Shown here piece by piece: positions 1-9,212 of a stretch of DNA of 36,660 nucleotides (the first letter of the stretch is position 1; each line of letters starts with the position of its first letter). Below the pieces are notes generated by a model. It was not told the origin of the DNA, did not search any database, and saw nothing but the letters and a program-made list of their open reading frames with translations. Origin of the DNA: Firmicutes bacterium ZCTH02-B6 (GTDB taxonomy: Bacteria; Bacillota; Limnochordia; Limnochordales; ZCTH02-B6). Both the position numbers and the translations under genes were made by a program. The stretch is taken from NCBI GenBank assembly GCA_002159155.1, contig LZRQ01000026.1:1-36660 (forward strand). The letters run 5' to 3'.

Positions 1-65
1 GGCAGATGTATGGGCGGGCAGGGATTGAGCTGTTGAGGCGGAGGCTCCTGGCGATGGCACGATGA
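1..65 (+). CDS. ISL3-family transposase, 3' end only (gene continues left of the window)
   Basis: The frame starting at nt 3 reads QMYGRAGIELLRRRLLAMAR-stop (TGA 63-65). This is the same C-terminus as the complete transposase at 203-1816 (QMYGRAGIELLRRRFLAMGR-stop). 51 of 63 aligned nt are identical by hand count. Confidence 0.8.
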   Translation, partial: QMYGRAGIELLRRRLLAMAR

Positions 66-127
66 GGGGAAGACTAGGCTGCCATGCTTTTCAGGCTGCC
101 AAGTGGCATCACAATTGCGGGAGAGCC
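1..127 (+). mobile_element. ISL3-family insertion sequence, copy A, right end (partial)
   Basis: Transposase C-terminus, then about 62 nt, then a terminal inverted repeat ...ggcatcacaattgcgggagagcc ending at 127. Spacing and IR sequence parallel the right end of copy B (stop 1816, IR end 1877). Confidence 0.75.
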
Positions 128-133
128 GGGTAA

Positions 134-157
134 GGGTCTCCCGCAATTTCGGTGCAA
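134..157 (+). repeat. Left terminal inverted repeat of IS copy B
   Basis: gggtctcccgcaattt... matches the reverse complement of 1854-1877. Confidence 0.8.
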
Positions 158-202
158 GGCAGCTGCAGGTAGGAGGAGTTTCCTGGAAAGCCGCGAACCC
201 CT

Positions 203-1816
203 TTGCGACCGTTTGGGCCGGGGTTTCGCGGTATGTGGAGACTTCTTCGACGCATCGGTTTGATCATCCGGCAACAAGAATTTTCCTCGGCAGACATTAC
301 CATCACCGCCGAGAGCACCAGAACGGGAGCGCCGTGCCCTTTGTGCGGTCGCGTCTCCCGTCGCAGGCACAGCAGCTATACACGGCTGCTGATGGATTTG
401 CCCGCTGACGGCCGGACGGTCAACGTCCAGTTGTTGGTCCGGCGATTTCGTTGTGCCAATCCTGGGTGTCGTCGGCGCGTGTTTGCTGAACGCTTTCCCC
501 AACTGGTCCGTCCCCATGCTCGTCGCGCGGAACGACTGGAGAGCCTGCTGACCCGTATCGGGGTCTTATTGGGCGGCGAGGCCGGCGCCCGGCTTGCCCA
601 GGACCTACATGTCCCCGTAAGCCCGGATACGATTCTGCGCCTGCTTTACCGCATGGAACTCGCCCCCGCAACCAACCTGCGTGTGGTCGGCATCGACGAG
701 TGGGCCTGGCGCAAGGGCGTGCGATACGGGACGATCGTGTGCGATCTGGAGACCGGGCGCCCGGTGGAGCTGCTGCCGGAGGCACGTGCTGATGTTCTGG
801 CACAGTGGTTGGCCCGTCATCCTACCGTCGAAATCGTGAGCCGGGACCGCTCCAGGATGTATGCCGACGGGGCCACGCTAGGCGCTCCCCAGGCCGTACA
901 GGTTGCTGACCGTTGGCATCTGCTACGGAACCTGGGGGACGTGGCGGAGCGCGTTCTCGCTGGCCTCTCCCTGCCGCCTATTCCGGTAGAGGAAGCCGAA
1001 CCGGCTGGGACAGTGCCCCCACCGCAACCACCCAAAAGCCGGGAGACCCGTAGAGAGGCTGAGCGCCGCGAACGGCAGCAGCGGCGACAAGCACTGTATG
1101 ACGAGGTCCACGAACTCTATGAGAAGACAAAGTCCATCCGTGCCGTTGCGGCCCGGCTCGGGATCGATCGCCGCACCGTGCGCAAGTATCTCGACGCACC
1201 CCAATGCCCTCACCCCAAGCCAAGAGGAAGACGGCCGAGCATTCTTGATCCCTACCGCGACTACATCCTCGCCCGATGGGCGGAAGGCTGCCATAACGCC
1301 GCGGAGTTGTATCGGGAGATCGTCCGGCAGGGTTATCCGGGCTCAAGAACCATCGTCAAGGACTTTGTCGCCACGCTGCGACGTCGTGCTCGAGGAGAGC
1401 CCGTCGTCCGCCACGTGCGCCTTGGACCCAAGCGGCTCCGCAGGTGGTTCAGCTGTCCACCGGACGAGCTTGGGGCACGCGAACGCCGTTGCCTTGAACT
1501 CGTCTTAGAGGCGTCACCGGCAGCCCGGGAGACATACACGCTCCTGCAAGATTTCCGGGGGATCCTTACGGAGAGGAAAGCCGAGACGCTAAGGTCGTGG
1601 CTTGAGCGTGCCGGCGGATCATCGCTGGCTCCTCTAAGAGGCTTTGCGAGGAGCCTCGAGCAAGACATGGATGCGGTGATGAACGCACTGACGTTGCCAT
1701 GGAGCAATGGTCCCGTAGAAGGACACATCAACAAGTTGAAGCTGTTGAAGCGGCAGATGTACGGGCGGGCCGGGATAGAGCTGCTGAGGCGACGGTTTCT
1801 TGCTATGGGACGTTGA
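203..1816 (+). CDS. ISL3 family transposase
   Basis: N-terminal zinc-finger-like CPLCG...CANPGC followed by a DDE-type core (VVGIDEWAWRKG...VSRDRS...) and the C-terminal tail NGPVEGHINKLKLLKRQMYGRAG typical of ISL3/IS204/IS1001-type transposases. The TTG at 203 is the ORF-track start; ATG 233 (MWRLLRR...) is an equally plausible true start. Confidence 0.9.
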   Translation: MRPFGPGFRGMWRLLRRIGLIIRQQEFSSADITITAESTRTGAPCPLCGRVSRRRHSSYTRLLMDLPADGRTVNVQLLVRRFRCANPGCRRRVFAERFPQLVRPHARRAERLESLLTRIGVLLGGEAGARLAQDLHVPVSPDTILRLLYRMELAPATNLRVVGIDEWAWRKGVRYGTIVCDLETGRPVELLPEARADVLAQWLARHPTVEIVSRDRSRMYADGATLGAPQAVQVADRWHLLRNLGDVAERVLAGLSLPPIPVEEAEPAGTVPPPQPPKSRETRREAERRERQQRRQALYDEVHELYEKTKSIRAVAARLGIDRRTVRKYLDAPQCPHPKPRGRRPSILDPYRDYILARWAEGCHNAAELYREIVRQGYPGSRTIVKDFVATLRRRARGEPVVRHVRLGPKRLRRWFSCPPDELGARERRCLELVLEASPAARETYTLLQDFRGILTERKAETLRSWLERAGGSSLAPLRGFARSLEQDMDAVMNALTLPWSNGPVEGHINKLKLLKRQMYGRAGIELLRRRFLAMGR

Positions 1817-1853
1817 GAGGCGAAGATTTGACCTCCGTCCCTGGGCCTCCCGA

Positions 1854-1877
1854 TAGCATCAAAATTGCGGGAGACCC
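1854..1877 (-). repeat. Right terminal inverted repeat of IS copy B
   Basis: The reverse complement gggtctcccgcaattttgatgcta pairs with 134-157. Confidence 0.8.
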
Positions 1878-2371
1878 AATATCATTTCGGCGTTGACACC
1901 CTCGCCCGCAACAAGGATGTCCATTGGACCCTGGAGTTGGTTGGCGATGGTCCGTTGCGACGTGAAATCGAACAGCTCACGGCTCAGCTAGGCCTACTAG
2001 ACCGAGTTCAATTTACCGGGACTCGGAGGGATGTACCTGAACGGTTGGCCAAGGCCCAGATCCTCGCCCTCATCTCACGTTGGGAAGGCTTTCCGCTGAC
2101 GGTTATTGAAGGCATGCGCGCCGGACTTCCCATAATCGGCTCCGACGTGGGAGGAGTACGTGAGGCGGTGGAAGATGGACAAAATGGATTCCTAGTACCA
2201 CGAGAAGATCCTGAGGAGCTCTCGCGCAAAGTGCGAATTCTTTTCACTGACGCCCAGCTACGGCGACGTATGGGCCAGGAAGGGCGTCGGCGATACGAAT
2301 CGATGTTCACGTTTGAGAAAATGTATGAGCGGACGCTAGAGGTCTACAAACAGGCTATGCTGACGCGTTAG
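1878..2371 (+). pseudogene. GT4 (group 1) glycosyltransferase, C-terminal fragment truncated by IS insertion
   Basis: The reading frame continues out of the IS right end and encodes only the C-terminal Rossmann half of a GT4 enzyme: LVGDGPLR...LDRVQFTG...SRWEGFPLTVIEGMRAGLPIIGSDVGGVREAVEDGQNGFLV. About 160 aa are present where such enzymes usually have about 370-400. The N-terminal half is absent from the window. Confidence 0.8.
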
Positions 2372-2832
2372 CCCTCAAACACCAGTCGATTCGGAGGTTT
2401 TGCGGGTTGTGAAAGAGACCATCCCATTGGTAAGAGAAGTCTAGCGACCAGGAGCTGTTTTCGACAGTCGCCGATGTCTGTTAGGTCAATTTCAAACTGG
2501 CGTTGACCGAGAACTCCACCCCCGCGGGTCCGTGGCGAACCGGGCTGCCGCGATTGTGAGGGCTTTTAGCAGGTGTTTCCTCGAATGCGTGGTAGTCAAA
2601 ATCCGTTGGTTTCCTTGACTTTTTCTGCCCCGGGGGCCAGAGCAGGGTCGACTGCAGGCTTGGTGTGCCTAAACCGGGGTACCGTGGGCAGTCACCCGCG
2701 GCGTTGTTGGGGCTCAGCTCCCGGCGAATGAGGCGTTGCGGTGCTGGCGCTCCCAAACAGAGCCTTTGCGCTGGACACGGCAGCTGACGACCGCTCGGCG
2801 TTGCAGCGGATTTCATCCCGGAGCGGAGGACC

Positions 2833-4116
2833 ATGGGGATCACACAACTGGCGACTTACCAGGGACTCCGAGTGGGGCGCGTGCGGTTCACTCCCTTGGG
2901 TTTGCTGGTTATCGATGTGATAGTCTCGTTTGCCATTTGCTGTTTGTCGTCCTACATCGCTTGGAACGATTGGCGTTTCTGGACGCAACCGTCGGTACTC
3001 GCGCAGGCCGGAGTGGTGATCGCTCTCCTTGCGGGCGGCAAGTGGTTCCTGTTGCGCCGCGAATACCGCGTCCCTGCGGATCGGGTGGCCCTTGCATGCC
3101 TCTGGGTCATTGTCCTCTATGCCGGTTTGGCCTTGGGGATCGTGTTCTTGCGCCCCTATTACTCGCGCTCGTTCCTGCTTGCGTCCTTCTTGCTTCTCCT
3201 GACCTGGCAGTTCATCGAGGTGCTGCCGTACAGGGCAGTGAGGGCTCCGCGGCTGGCCGCCGTTCCGGGTCCCCTTGTGGAGAAGCTGATGAGGGTGGAG
3301 GGACTTAACCTTACGCTCCTCACCGAGCCGCTTATTGACTCCACGATTGAAGGCCTGGTCGTCGATCTGCATATGCCCTTGTCCAAGGAGTGGTCGCGTT
3401 TCGTGGCAGAGTCTGCCGCCATGGGGCTGCCTGTGTACCATGCGGCGTCGGTCTACGAAGCCGCGACCGCGAAGGTGTCGTTGGAGCACGCGCATGCGGG
3501 CTGGCTAAGCGCGCTGTTCAACGGTAATCTCGGGTACCTCCCCCTCAAGCGGGCGATCGATATCCTCTGTGTACTTGTGAGCCTGCCCATCGTCATACCG
3601 CTGTCTCTGGTGATTGCGTTGCTCATCCGCCTGGATTCCGGAGGGCCCGTGCTCTTCTGGCAGGAGCGGGTCGGTCAGGGCGGCAGTGTCTTCCGCCTCG
3701 TCAAGTTTCGATCAATGCGGGTTGACGCGGAACGCAACGGCGCCCAGTTCGCCCGACCCGACGACGACAGGGTCACGCGCGTCGGGAGGGTGCTGCGCAA
3801 GTACCGGCTAGATGAGCTGCCCCAGCTGTGGAACGTGCTGAAGGGGGAAATGAGCCTCATCGGCCCCCGGCCCGAACAGGTGGAGTTCGCCCGGCAGTTC
3901 GAAGAGGAGATTCCCTTTTACCGCTGGCGCCACAGGGTGAAACCGGGCATTACCGGCTGGGCCCAGGTCCAACAGGGCTATGCGGCCGGGGTGCAGGACA
4001 CCATGGAAAAGCTGGAGTACGACTTGTACTACGTGAAACATCTTTCCCTGTGGCTTGACCTGAACATCGCGCTGAAGACCATCGTTACGATTGTCACAGG
4101 TTTCGGCGCTCGCTAA
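2833..4116 (+). CDS. Polyprenyl-phosphate glycosyl-1-phosphate transferase (bacterial sugar transferase, WbaP/EpsL type priming enzyme)
   Basis: N-terminal TM helices plus the conserved C-terminal domain LDSGGPVLFWQERVGQGGSVFRLVKFRSM...DELPQLWNVLKGEMSLIGPRP...PGITGWAQV. SD ggagcggagg lies upstream of ATG 2833. Confidence 0.9.
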   Translation: MGITQLATYQGLRVGRVRFTPLGLLVIDVIVSFAICCLSSYIAWNDWRFWTQPSVLAQAGVVIALLAGGKWFLLRREYRVPADRVALACLWVIVLYAGLALGIVFLRPYYSRSFLLASFLLLLTWQFIEVLPYRAVRAPRLAAVPGPLVEKLMRVEGLNLTLLTEPLIDSTIEGLVVDLHMPLSKEWSRFVAESAAMGLPVYHAASVYEAATAKVSLEHAHAGWLSALFNGNLGYLPLKRAIDILCVLVSLPIVIPLSLVIALLIRLDSGGPVLFWQERVGQGGSVFRLVKFRSMRVDAERNGAQFARPDDDRVTRVGRVLRKYRLDELPQLWNVLKGEMSLIGPRPEQVEFARQFEEEIPFYRWRHRVKPGITGWAQVQQGYAAGVQDTMEKLEYDLYYVKHLSLWLDLNIALKTIVTIVTGFGAR

Positions 4117-4406
4117 GTGTTGTAACGCATCAAGTCTGCAGACAGGCCAGCAGGAGGCGGGCCAACGCCGTAAGAAGGTAGACCCAGGGCCGCGGGTTGT
4201 TCCGTGCTCCGCGGTGCCCGGGCTTTCTTGTCGGAACGCCGCCGGTGACGGACACCGAACACGCACCTGCGACCGCGGTCGAGCTAGAGCACATGCAGCC
4301 GGACACTTGTGGATTGGTGTATGGTAGCCTCGGGGTTGCATGGGCGGTCTCCGGGAATGTACAGAGTGTACGTTGCGTGAACGATAGTACGAAGGGAGAC
4401 GCTTGG

Positions 4407-5681
4407 GTGGACTCACACGTTGGGGCAGCAAGAGTTCTGGATGTCGATGCACACCAAGACTTGAGGGGGGCCTTGCGATACCCACTGCTGTTCGAATTGG
4501 GGTGGTCGCTGTTCTTTGCGGGTTCCCTTTATCTTGGATGGAATAGCCTTGGAATTCTTCTGCTCATCGTACACCTGTTCCTCGACGGTCGTGCCATATC
4601 CCGGATGGTCAAAACCTCCCTTGAGGATTGCCCGGTCGCAGTAAACCTGAAACGCGTCCGCATTCCCCTACGTTACATTTTCGTTACCCTCGGCTGCGCT
4701 GGTTTGGTGAGTTCGCTAATGGCCGTCGAGCCGGGCCGCGCTGCAGCGGCGCTGGTGGGGATGTTACTGTCTATGGCCTTCGGCCTCGTCTTTGGCCTGG
4801 CTTACCAGGTGCACCAGCCGGGCTGGTTTATCTCCTACTTTTTGCCTGCGGTTCTCGGCGGTGCGGTACACGTTGCGTGGGCGCTTTGGCAAGCCTTTCA
4901 AATTGGCAGCTTCCAAGGGGCTCGGGTCGCGACCGTCTCCGGGCCGAACTACACTGGAACGATGATGCTCTTGGTCCTTATCATTGGCTGGTCATGGTTT
5001 GTCAGCCAGAGGGCCTATTTGAGATGGCTAAGTCTTCCTTATACGTTCGCTGCGGCCACAGCGCTCGTTTTCACCTATTCGAGGGGTTCTTGGTTGGGGG
5101 GTGTCGCTTTTGCCCTTGCCGCCCTCCTGCCCGCGTGGCAACGGCCGGTCAGCCGCCGTTACGGGCAGCTGGTCCTCGTCGGGTTCGTTTTGTTTAGCGT
5201 GCTCGTTGTCTCCGTAGTACCAGGAGCGGCAGAGCGGGCGAGGAGTTTTCTGACGCTCCTTGATGATGGGCGCGTGGCCATCTGGCAAGCTTCCTGGGAA
5301 ATGTTCTTGGACCATTTTTGGTTTGGTGTTGGTCCGGCCAACTTTGAGCATCATTGGGACACCTATAATAGGGGAAGGTTCCCCGAGCATATGGATTTCC
5401 CGCACAATACCTGGCTTCAGGTGTTGACAGAAACCGGTATCATCGGTGGGGTACTGTTCGCCCTCATTATTGGTCGCATATTGCTGGCCGTGTGGAGGCT
5501 CCGAAAAACGTCCGACTGGCCGGTTTGGATATTGGCTTCCGGCGTAGTGGCGCTCCTCGTACGGGATCTAACGGATGCCGCCATCTTCAACATTAACACC
5601 TCATTCCTTTTCTGGTGGATGGCAGGGACCGTCCTGGCGGCGGAGCAAACGCAGCAACGTGAGCGGCAGACAGTCTCCTAA
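4407..5681 (+). CDS. O-antigen ligase / Wzy-type polymerase family membrane protein
   Basis: Polytopic membrane protein with TYSRGSWLGG and HNTWLQVLTETGIIGG motifs typical of the Wzy_C/O-antigen-ligase family. I place the start at GTG 4407 (SD gaagggaga 7 nt upstream). The ORF-track start at 4197 adds 70 non-membrane residues with no SD. The gene is visibly AT-richer than its neighbours. Confidence 0.8.
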   Translation: MDSHVGAARVLDVDAHQDLRGALRYPLLFELGWSLFFAGSLYLGWNSLGILLLIVHLFLDGRAISRMVKTSLEDCPVAVNLKRVRIPLRYIFVTLGCAGLVSSLMAVEPGRAAAALVGMLLSMAFGLVFGLAYQVHQPGWFISYFLPAVLGGAVHVAWALWQAFQIGSFQGARVATVSGPNYTGTMMLLVLIIGWSWFVSQRAYLRWLSLPYTFAAATALVFTYSRGSWLGGVAFALAALLPAWQRPVSRRYGQLVLVGFVLFSVLVVSVVPGAAERARSFLTLLDDGRVAIWQASWEMFLDHFWFGVGPANFEHHWDTYNRGRFPEHMDFPHNTWLQVLTETGIIGGVLFALIIGRILLAVWRLRKTSDWPVWILASGVVALLVRDLTDAAIFNINTSFLFWWMAGTVLAAEQTQQRERQTVS

Positions 5682-5757
5682 GTAGTTTGGGCACCTGTGT
5701 GTAGGCTCCGTCACGGGGAGCGAGACGCTGTCAGTAGCGGCTTGGTAGGGTTGCAGT

Positions 5758-6858
5758 ATGACCACGTTCGACGGGCACAAAACAGCTGACCTGGGTGTCG
5801 TCTCGAGCAGCCGCGCGGCGGATAAGCCACAAGTGCTCCGCTTGGCGGTGGTCGTTGTCACATACCAAACGAGGGAGCTACTGCGGGAGTTTCTCTTGTC
5901 GCTACGGACTGAAATCCAGTCCCTTCCAGGTGTAGCCGTGACCGTCCTTGTGGTGGACAACGCTTCGACGGACGGCACGGTTAATATGGTGCGGACCGAA
6001 TTTCCCGAGGTCCGGGTTGTCGCCAATGCAGCGAACTTTGGGCCGGCACGGGCCTTCAATCAGGGGTTGGCCGAAGTGCTTCCCGATGCCGATTTGGTGC
6101 TGCTGGCCAACAGCGATGTGTACATCCACGTAGGGACCCTGAAACGCATGGTAGAGTTTCTTAGCAACCACCCCGAGGTGGATGGGTGCTGCGGACGGCT
6201 TTATAACCCTGACGGTACCCCCCAGGTCACGCGGACGCGAATTGTATCTCTGTGGCCAGTGTCCAAAGACAAACCGCACCGCGCCACGTTTCCGGGAACA
6301 ACCTTTTCCATGATTCGGGCCAGCGCCTTCGCTAGAATCGGAGGTTTTGACGAGACTTACTATTTCTACAACGAAGACTTGGACTGGGCCGAACGGGCCC
6401 GGAAAGCCGGGTTGCGGTTTGAGTACATCCCAGACGCCTCTGTCATCCATTACGGCAATCAGGGGCGGCGGCACAACGTTTCCCGGATTCGGCGTGAGCT
6501 CTACCGGGCCAACCTCTACTATTATCGACGGCATTATCCGGCGATCGCGCCGCTAGCATACGTAGGGCAACTGTTGGCGCTCCGGTGGGGCCAATGGCTT
6601 CGGCGACGTTGGCTGGAGAAACTGCATGTCCAGCGAGGCACGACGGGAAGTGGGGGCCGGTCTGATGGGGCGACTACGGAGGCTGCGGTAGCCAGTGAGT
6701 TGGCGTCGGAGGCAGCTCGGTGGCAGCAGGAACTAGCTGACTTGGAGGAGGCCATCGAGCGACTGCGAGAGGAATACCGAAATCCGACCGCACCGCAGAT
6801 ACCCACATTCGAAATATCCACATCCGGGCTTCGTCTGGCCGAGTTGACTCCCGAGTAG
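5758..6858 (+). CDS. Family 2 glycosyltransferase with a C-terminal charged/coiled-coil tail
   Basis: LAVVVVTYQTRELL...VVDNASTDGT...LLANSDV... is a GT2 (GT-A fold, DxD-type) signature. The last ~80 aa (ASELASEAARWQQELADLEEAIERLREEY...) are heptad-like and not part of the usual GT2 fold. Confidence 0.85.
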   Translation: MTTFDGHKTADLGVVSSSRAADKPQVLRLAVVVVTYQTRELLREFLLSLRTEIQSLPGVAVTVLVVDNASTDGTVNMVRTEFPEVRVVANAANFGPARAFNQGLAEVLPDADLVLLANSDVYIHVGTLKRMVEFLSNHPEVDGCCGRLYNPDGTPQVTRTRIVSLWPVSKDKPHRATFPGTTFSMIRASAFARIGGFDETYYFYNEDLDWAERARKAGLRFEYIPDASVIHYGNQGRRHNVSRIRRELYRANLYYYRRHYPAIAPLAYVGQLLALRWGQWLRRRWLEKLHVQRGTTGSGGRSDGATTEAAVASELASEAARWQQELADLEEAIERLREEYRNPTAPQIPTFEISTSGLRLAELTPE

Positions 6859-6954
6859 GCTGAGATGGGACGCAGGTCCCGCTGAGAGTGCAGGCTAGGC
6901 GCCCATGTTACGCTGGTTAGGGCATTCCGGGCCGAAGACGGACGGAGGATTGTT

Positions 6955-7956
6955 GTGCGTACGGATCCCCGTGGCCAAACAGAGCAAGGGGCCAAGCGGT
7001 TTGTCTCGGTCTCAGTCATAGTACCCGTGCGCAATCGTGCAGGCACGATTCGTGCGTGCCTGGCGCACTTGTTTCAGGCTGCCACGCCGCTGTCTGAGCA
7101 AGGCGTGTCTGTTGAGATCGTGGTCGCCAACGACGCGTCGACGGATCGTTCCAAAAGCATCGTGGAAGAGGTGGCCCCCAACGCACCCGTACCGGTGCGG
7201 CTGGTCAATCTGGCGGAACGCCAAGGACCGGCCCGAGCGCGCAACGCGGCCTTATCCGTTGCCCAAGGCGAGCTAGTCGTGTTTGTGGACAGCGACATCG
7301 TGGTCGTGCCGGGGTTTCTTCTAGCACACCTTCAAGCTTACGAGGGTGCGGCCGAGCGTGTTTACACCGTTGGCCCGGTCATCAACGTCGCCGATCTCGA
7401 GACCGCCTTGCGCTTCCCGCCGCCCACCCCGTGGGACATGTCCATGGCCAGCCTCCATACAGCCAACGCCTCCGTTCCGCGCCAGAGCCTGCTTGAGCTC
7501 GGCGCGTTCGATGACGGCTACGACGCCTACGGATGGGAGGACCTGGACCTCGGGCGGCGCCTCAAGAAGGCCGGGTTCGCCCGCGTGGAAGTGAAGGGCG
7601 CCGTCGCCTACCACGTCGACCCGCCCATCACCACCCAAGCGCAGCTGGCGGCGCGGCTGCAGAAAGAACGTGAGCGGGGTCGCACGGCACTGCGCTTTCT
7701 GGACAAGCACCCGGAGTTTTCCGCCCGCCTTACGGCACAAGATACGTCCTTTCATGTGTTTCTCAACTGGCTCATGCGCTTTGGTGGGGCCATCACGGAG
7801 GACAATGTGCTGGCATGGGTGGACTGGGCGAATCGACGGGGTTGGACGGGGCTGGGACGGGTATGGCTTGCAGGCGCGGTCAACCAAGCGTACCTGGCGG
7901 CGCTTGCGTCCAGCAAACGGAATCGTCGTGGCCATCGGTTGGGGGACGGCCGATGA
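6955..7956 (+). CDS. Family 2 glycosyltransferase
   Basis: VSVIVPVRNRAGTI...VVANDASTDRS...LVVFVDSDIVV...GWEDLDLGRRL motifs. GTG start at 6955 with SD ggagga 5 nt upstream. Confidence 0.85.
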   Translation: MRTDPRGQTEQGAKRFVSVSVIVPVRNRAGTIRACLAHLFQAATPLSEQGVSVEIVVANDASTDRSKSIVEEVAPNAPVPVRLVNLAERQGPARARNAALSVAQGELVVFVDSDIVVVPGFLLAHLQAYEGAAERVYTVGPVINVADLETALRFPPPTPWDMSMASLHTANASVPRQSLLELGAFDDGYDAYGWEDLDLGRRLKKAGFARVEVKGAVAYHVDPPITTQAQLAARLQKERERGRTALRFLDKHPEFSARLTAQDTSFHVFLNWLMRFGGAITEDNVLAWVDWANRRGWTGLGRVWLAGAVNQAYLAALASSKRNRRGHRLGDGR

Positions 7957-9152
7957 CGAGTAAACAAGCTCGATCTGTGCTCATGGTGCTGCCCTATCTG
8001 GAGACCGGGGGCACCGAGCGGCACGTTCTTGCCCTGGCCCAGGGGCTGCAGGGTGAAGTCGCTCTTGGACTTCTGGCGCCCCCAGGACCGCTGCTGAACG
8101 AGTTCCTGGGTCTAGGCGTTACTTACCGCCCTTTCCCGCGCCTCGAGCAGGGTGGGCTGCAGGGAATCCGGGCGTTTCGCCGCGGGCTGCGGGAGCTGCT
8201 CCGCGAGTTGTCTCCTGATGTCATTCACGTGCATGCCGGTGCAGAGCTGGCGCTCCTGGTGCGGACCGTCACCCGTTCCGTTCCCGTGGTGCTGACGATC
8301 CATGCCTTCCATGGACGGCATGCAGACGCGAACTATCGGCTGGCCGCCCGCTTGGCGCGCCTTGCACGGGTTGACCGGGTAATTGCGGTGGCGGAGTCTG
8401 AGGCCCAGCGGCTGCGGCAAGGGGGGCTGCGGGAGCCGACCCTCAAAATTGTCTACAACGGGGTGCCGGACCGCTGGGCCACGCTGGATGGTACGCAAGT
8501 GGACGCGTACGGCCCTGCGGGCGACGACCTGGAGCACCCTGAGCCAGTAAACGCCCTGGCCATCGACTGGCAGCGGGAGCTGGGCTGGCCCGAGCGGGCT
8601 CCGGTCGTGGGTGCTGTGGGGCGGTTGGAGGCCCCGAAAGGCTTTGACCTGCTCATCGAGGCCTTTGCGCGCCTGGATCCCGCGGACTATCCGTCACCCC
8701 CGCGCCTTGTGGTCGTGGGTGACGGCTCTGAGCGCGAGGCGCTCGAACGCCAGGCTCGGGAGCTGGGCCTGGGGGACAGGGTTTATTTCGCCGGCTTCCG
8801 AGGCGACAGCTGGAGGGCATTCGGAGGGTTTGACGTAACGGTCATCCCGTCGCGCCAGGACGGTCTGCCGCTGGTGTGCCTGGAAGCCATGGCGGCTGGT
8901 TGCCCAGTCATCGCCTCTGACGCCGGTGGGCTGCCGGAGATGGTGGCGGACGGGGTTACGGGTCTTGTCTTCAGAGCCGAAGATGTCGGGGCTTTAACGA
9001 GCGCCCTTGCGCGACTGCTAAAAGACCCCGCGCTGGCCCGGCGGATGGGCCAGGCGGGGCGGGCCAGGTTCCTTGAAGAGTTCCAGCTGGGGCGCATGGT
9101 AGACCGCACTCGGGCAGTCTACGCCGAGGCGATTGCGGCGAGGCTCGGCTGA
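7953..9152 (+). CDS. Family 4 (group 1) glycosyltransferase
   Basis: MTSKQARSVLMVLPYLETGGTERHV... N-terminus and C-terminal PSRQDGLPLVCLEAMAAGCPVIASDAGGLPEMVADGVTG (E-x7-E type motif). ATG 7953 overlaps the upstream stop as ATGA (7953-7956), suggesting translational coupling. The ORF-track start at 7815 lies inside the previous gene. Confidence 0.88.
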   Translation: MTSKQARSVLMVLPYLETGGTERHVLALAQGLQGEVALGLLAPPGPLLNEFLGLGVTYRPFPRLEQGGLQGIRAFRRGLRELLRELSPDVIHVHAGAELALLVRTVTRSVPVVLTIHAFHGRHADANYRLAARLARLARVDRVIAVAESEAQRLRQGGLREPTLKIVYNGVPDRWATLDGTQVDAYGPAGDDLEHPEPVNALAIDWQRELGWPERAPVVGAVGRLEAPKGFDLLIEAFARLDPADYPSPPRLVVVGDGSEREALERQARELGLGDRVYFAGFRGDSWRAFGGFDVTVIPSRQDGLPLVCLEAMAAGCPVIASDAGGLPEMVADGVTGLVFRAEDVGALTSALARLLKDPALARRMGQAGRARFLEEFQLGRMVDRTRAVYAEAIAARLG

Positions 9153-9212
9153 CGCTAGCGGAACGTCAACGAGCCGTTTGGCGGCAGAAAGAGCTCTGGC
9201 TCAGGGCGGCGT

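Larger units (their letters stand above)
134..1877 (+). mobile_element. Complete ISL3-family insertion sequence, copy B (about 1.74 kb)
   Basis: A single transposase ORF is bounded by 24-bp imperfect terminal inverted repeats that match at 21/24 positions, with the first 16 identical. The repeats are gggtctcccgcaatttcggtgcaa at 134-157 and the reverse complement of tagcatcaaaattgcgggagaccc at 1854-1877. Confidence 0.85.

Noticed and set aside
2481-2843. 120-aa ORF (- strand) in the 460-bp gap upstream of the priming transferase
   Set aside because: It has no SD and no motifs, its composition is atypical, and it overlaps the start/SD of the + strand gene. It is treated as non-coding. I found no convincing RNA structure or gene remnant in the gap either.
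4197-4406. Upstream 70 codons of the O-antigen-ligase track ORF, and ORF 4091-4327
   Set aside because: They encode non-membrane, non-conserved sequence with no SD. GTG 4407 has a good SD and begins the TM region.
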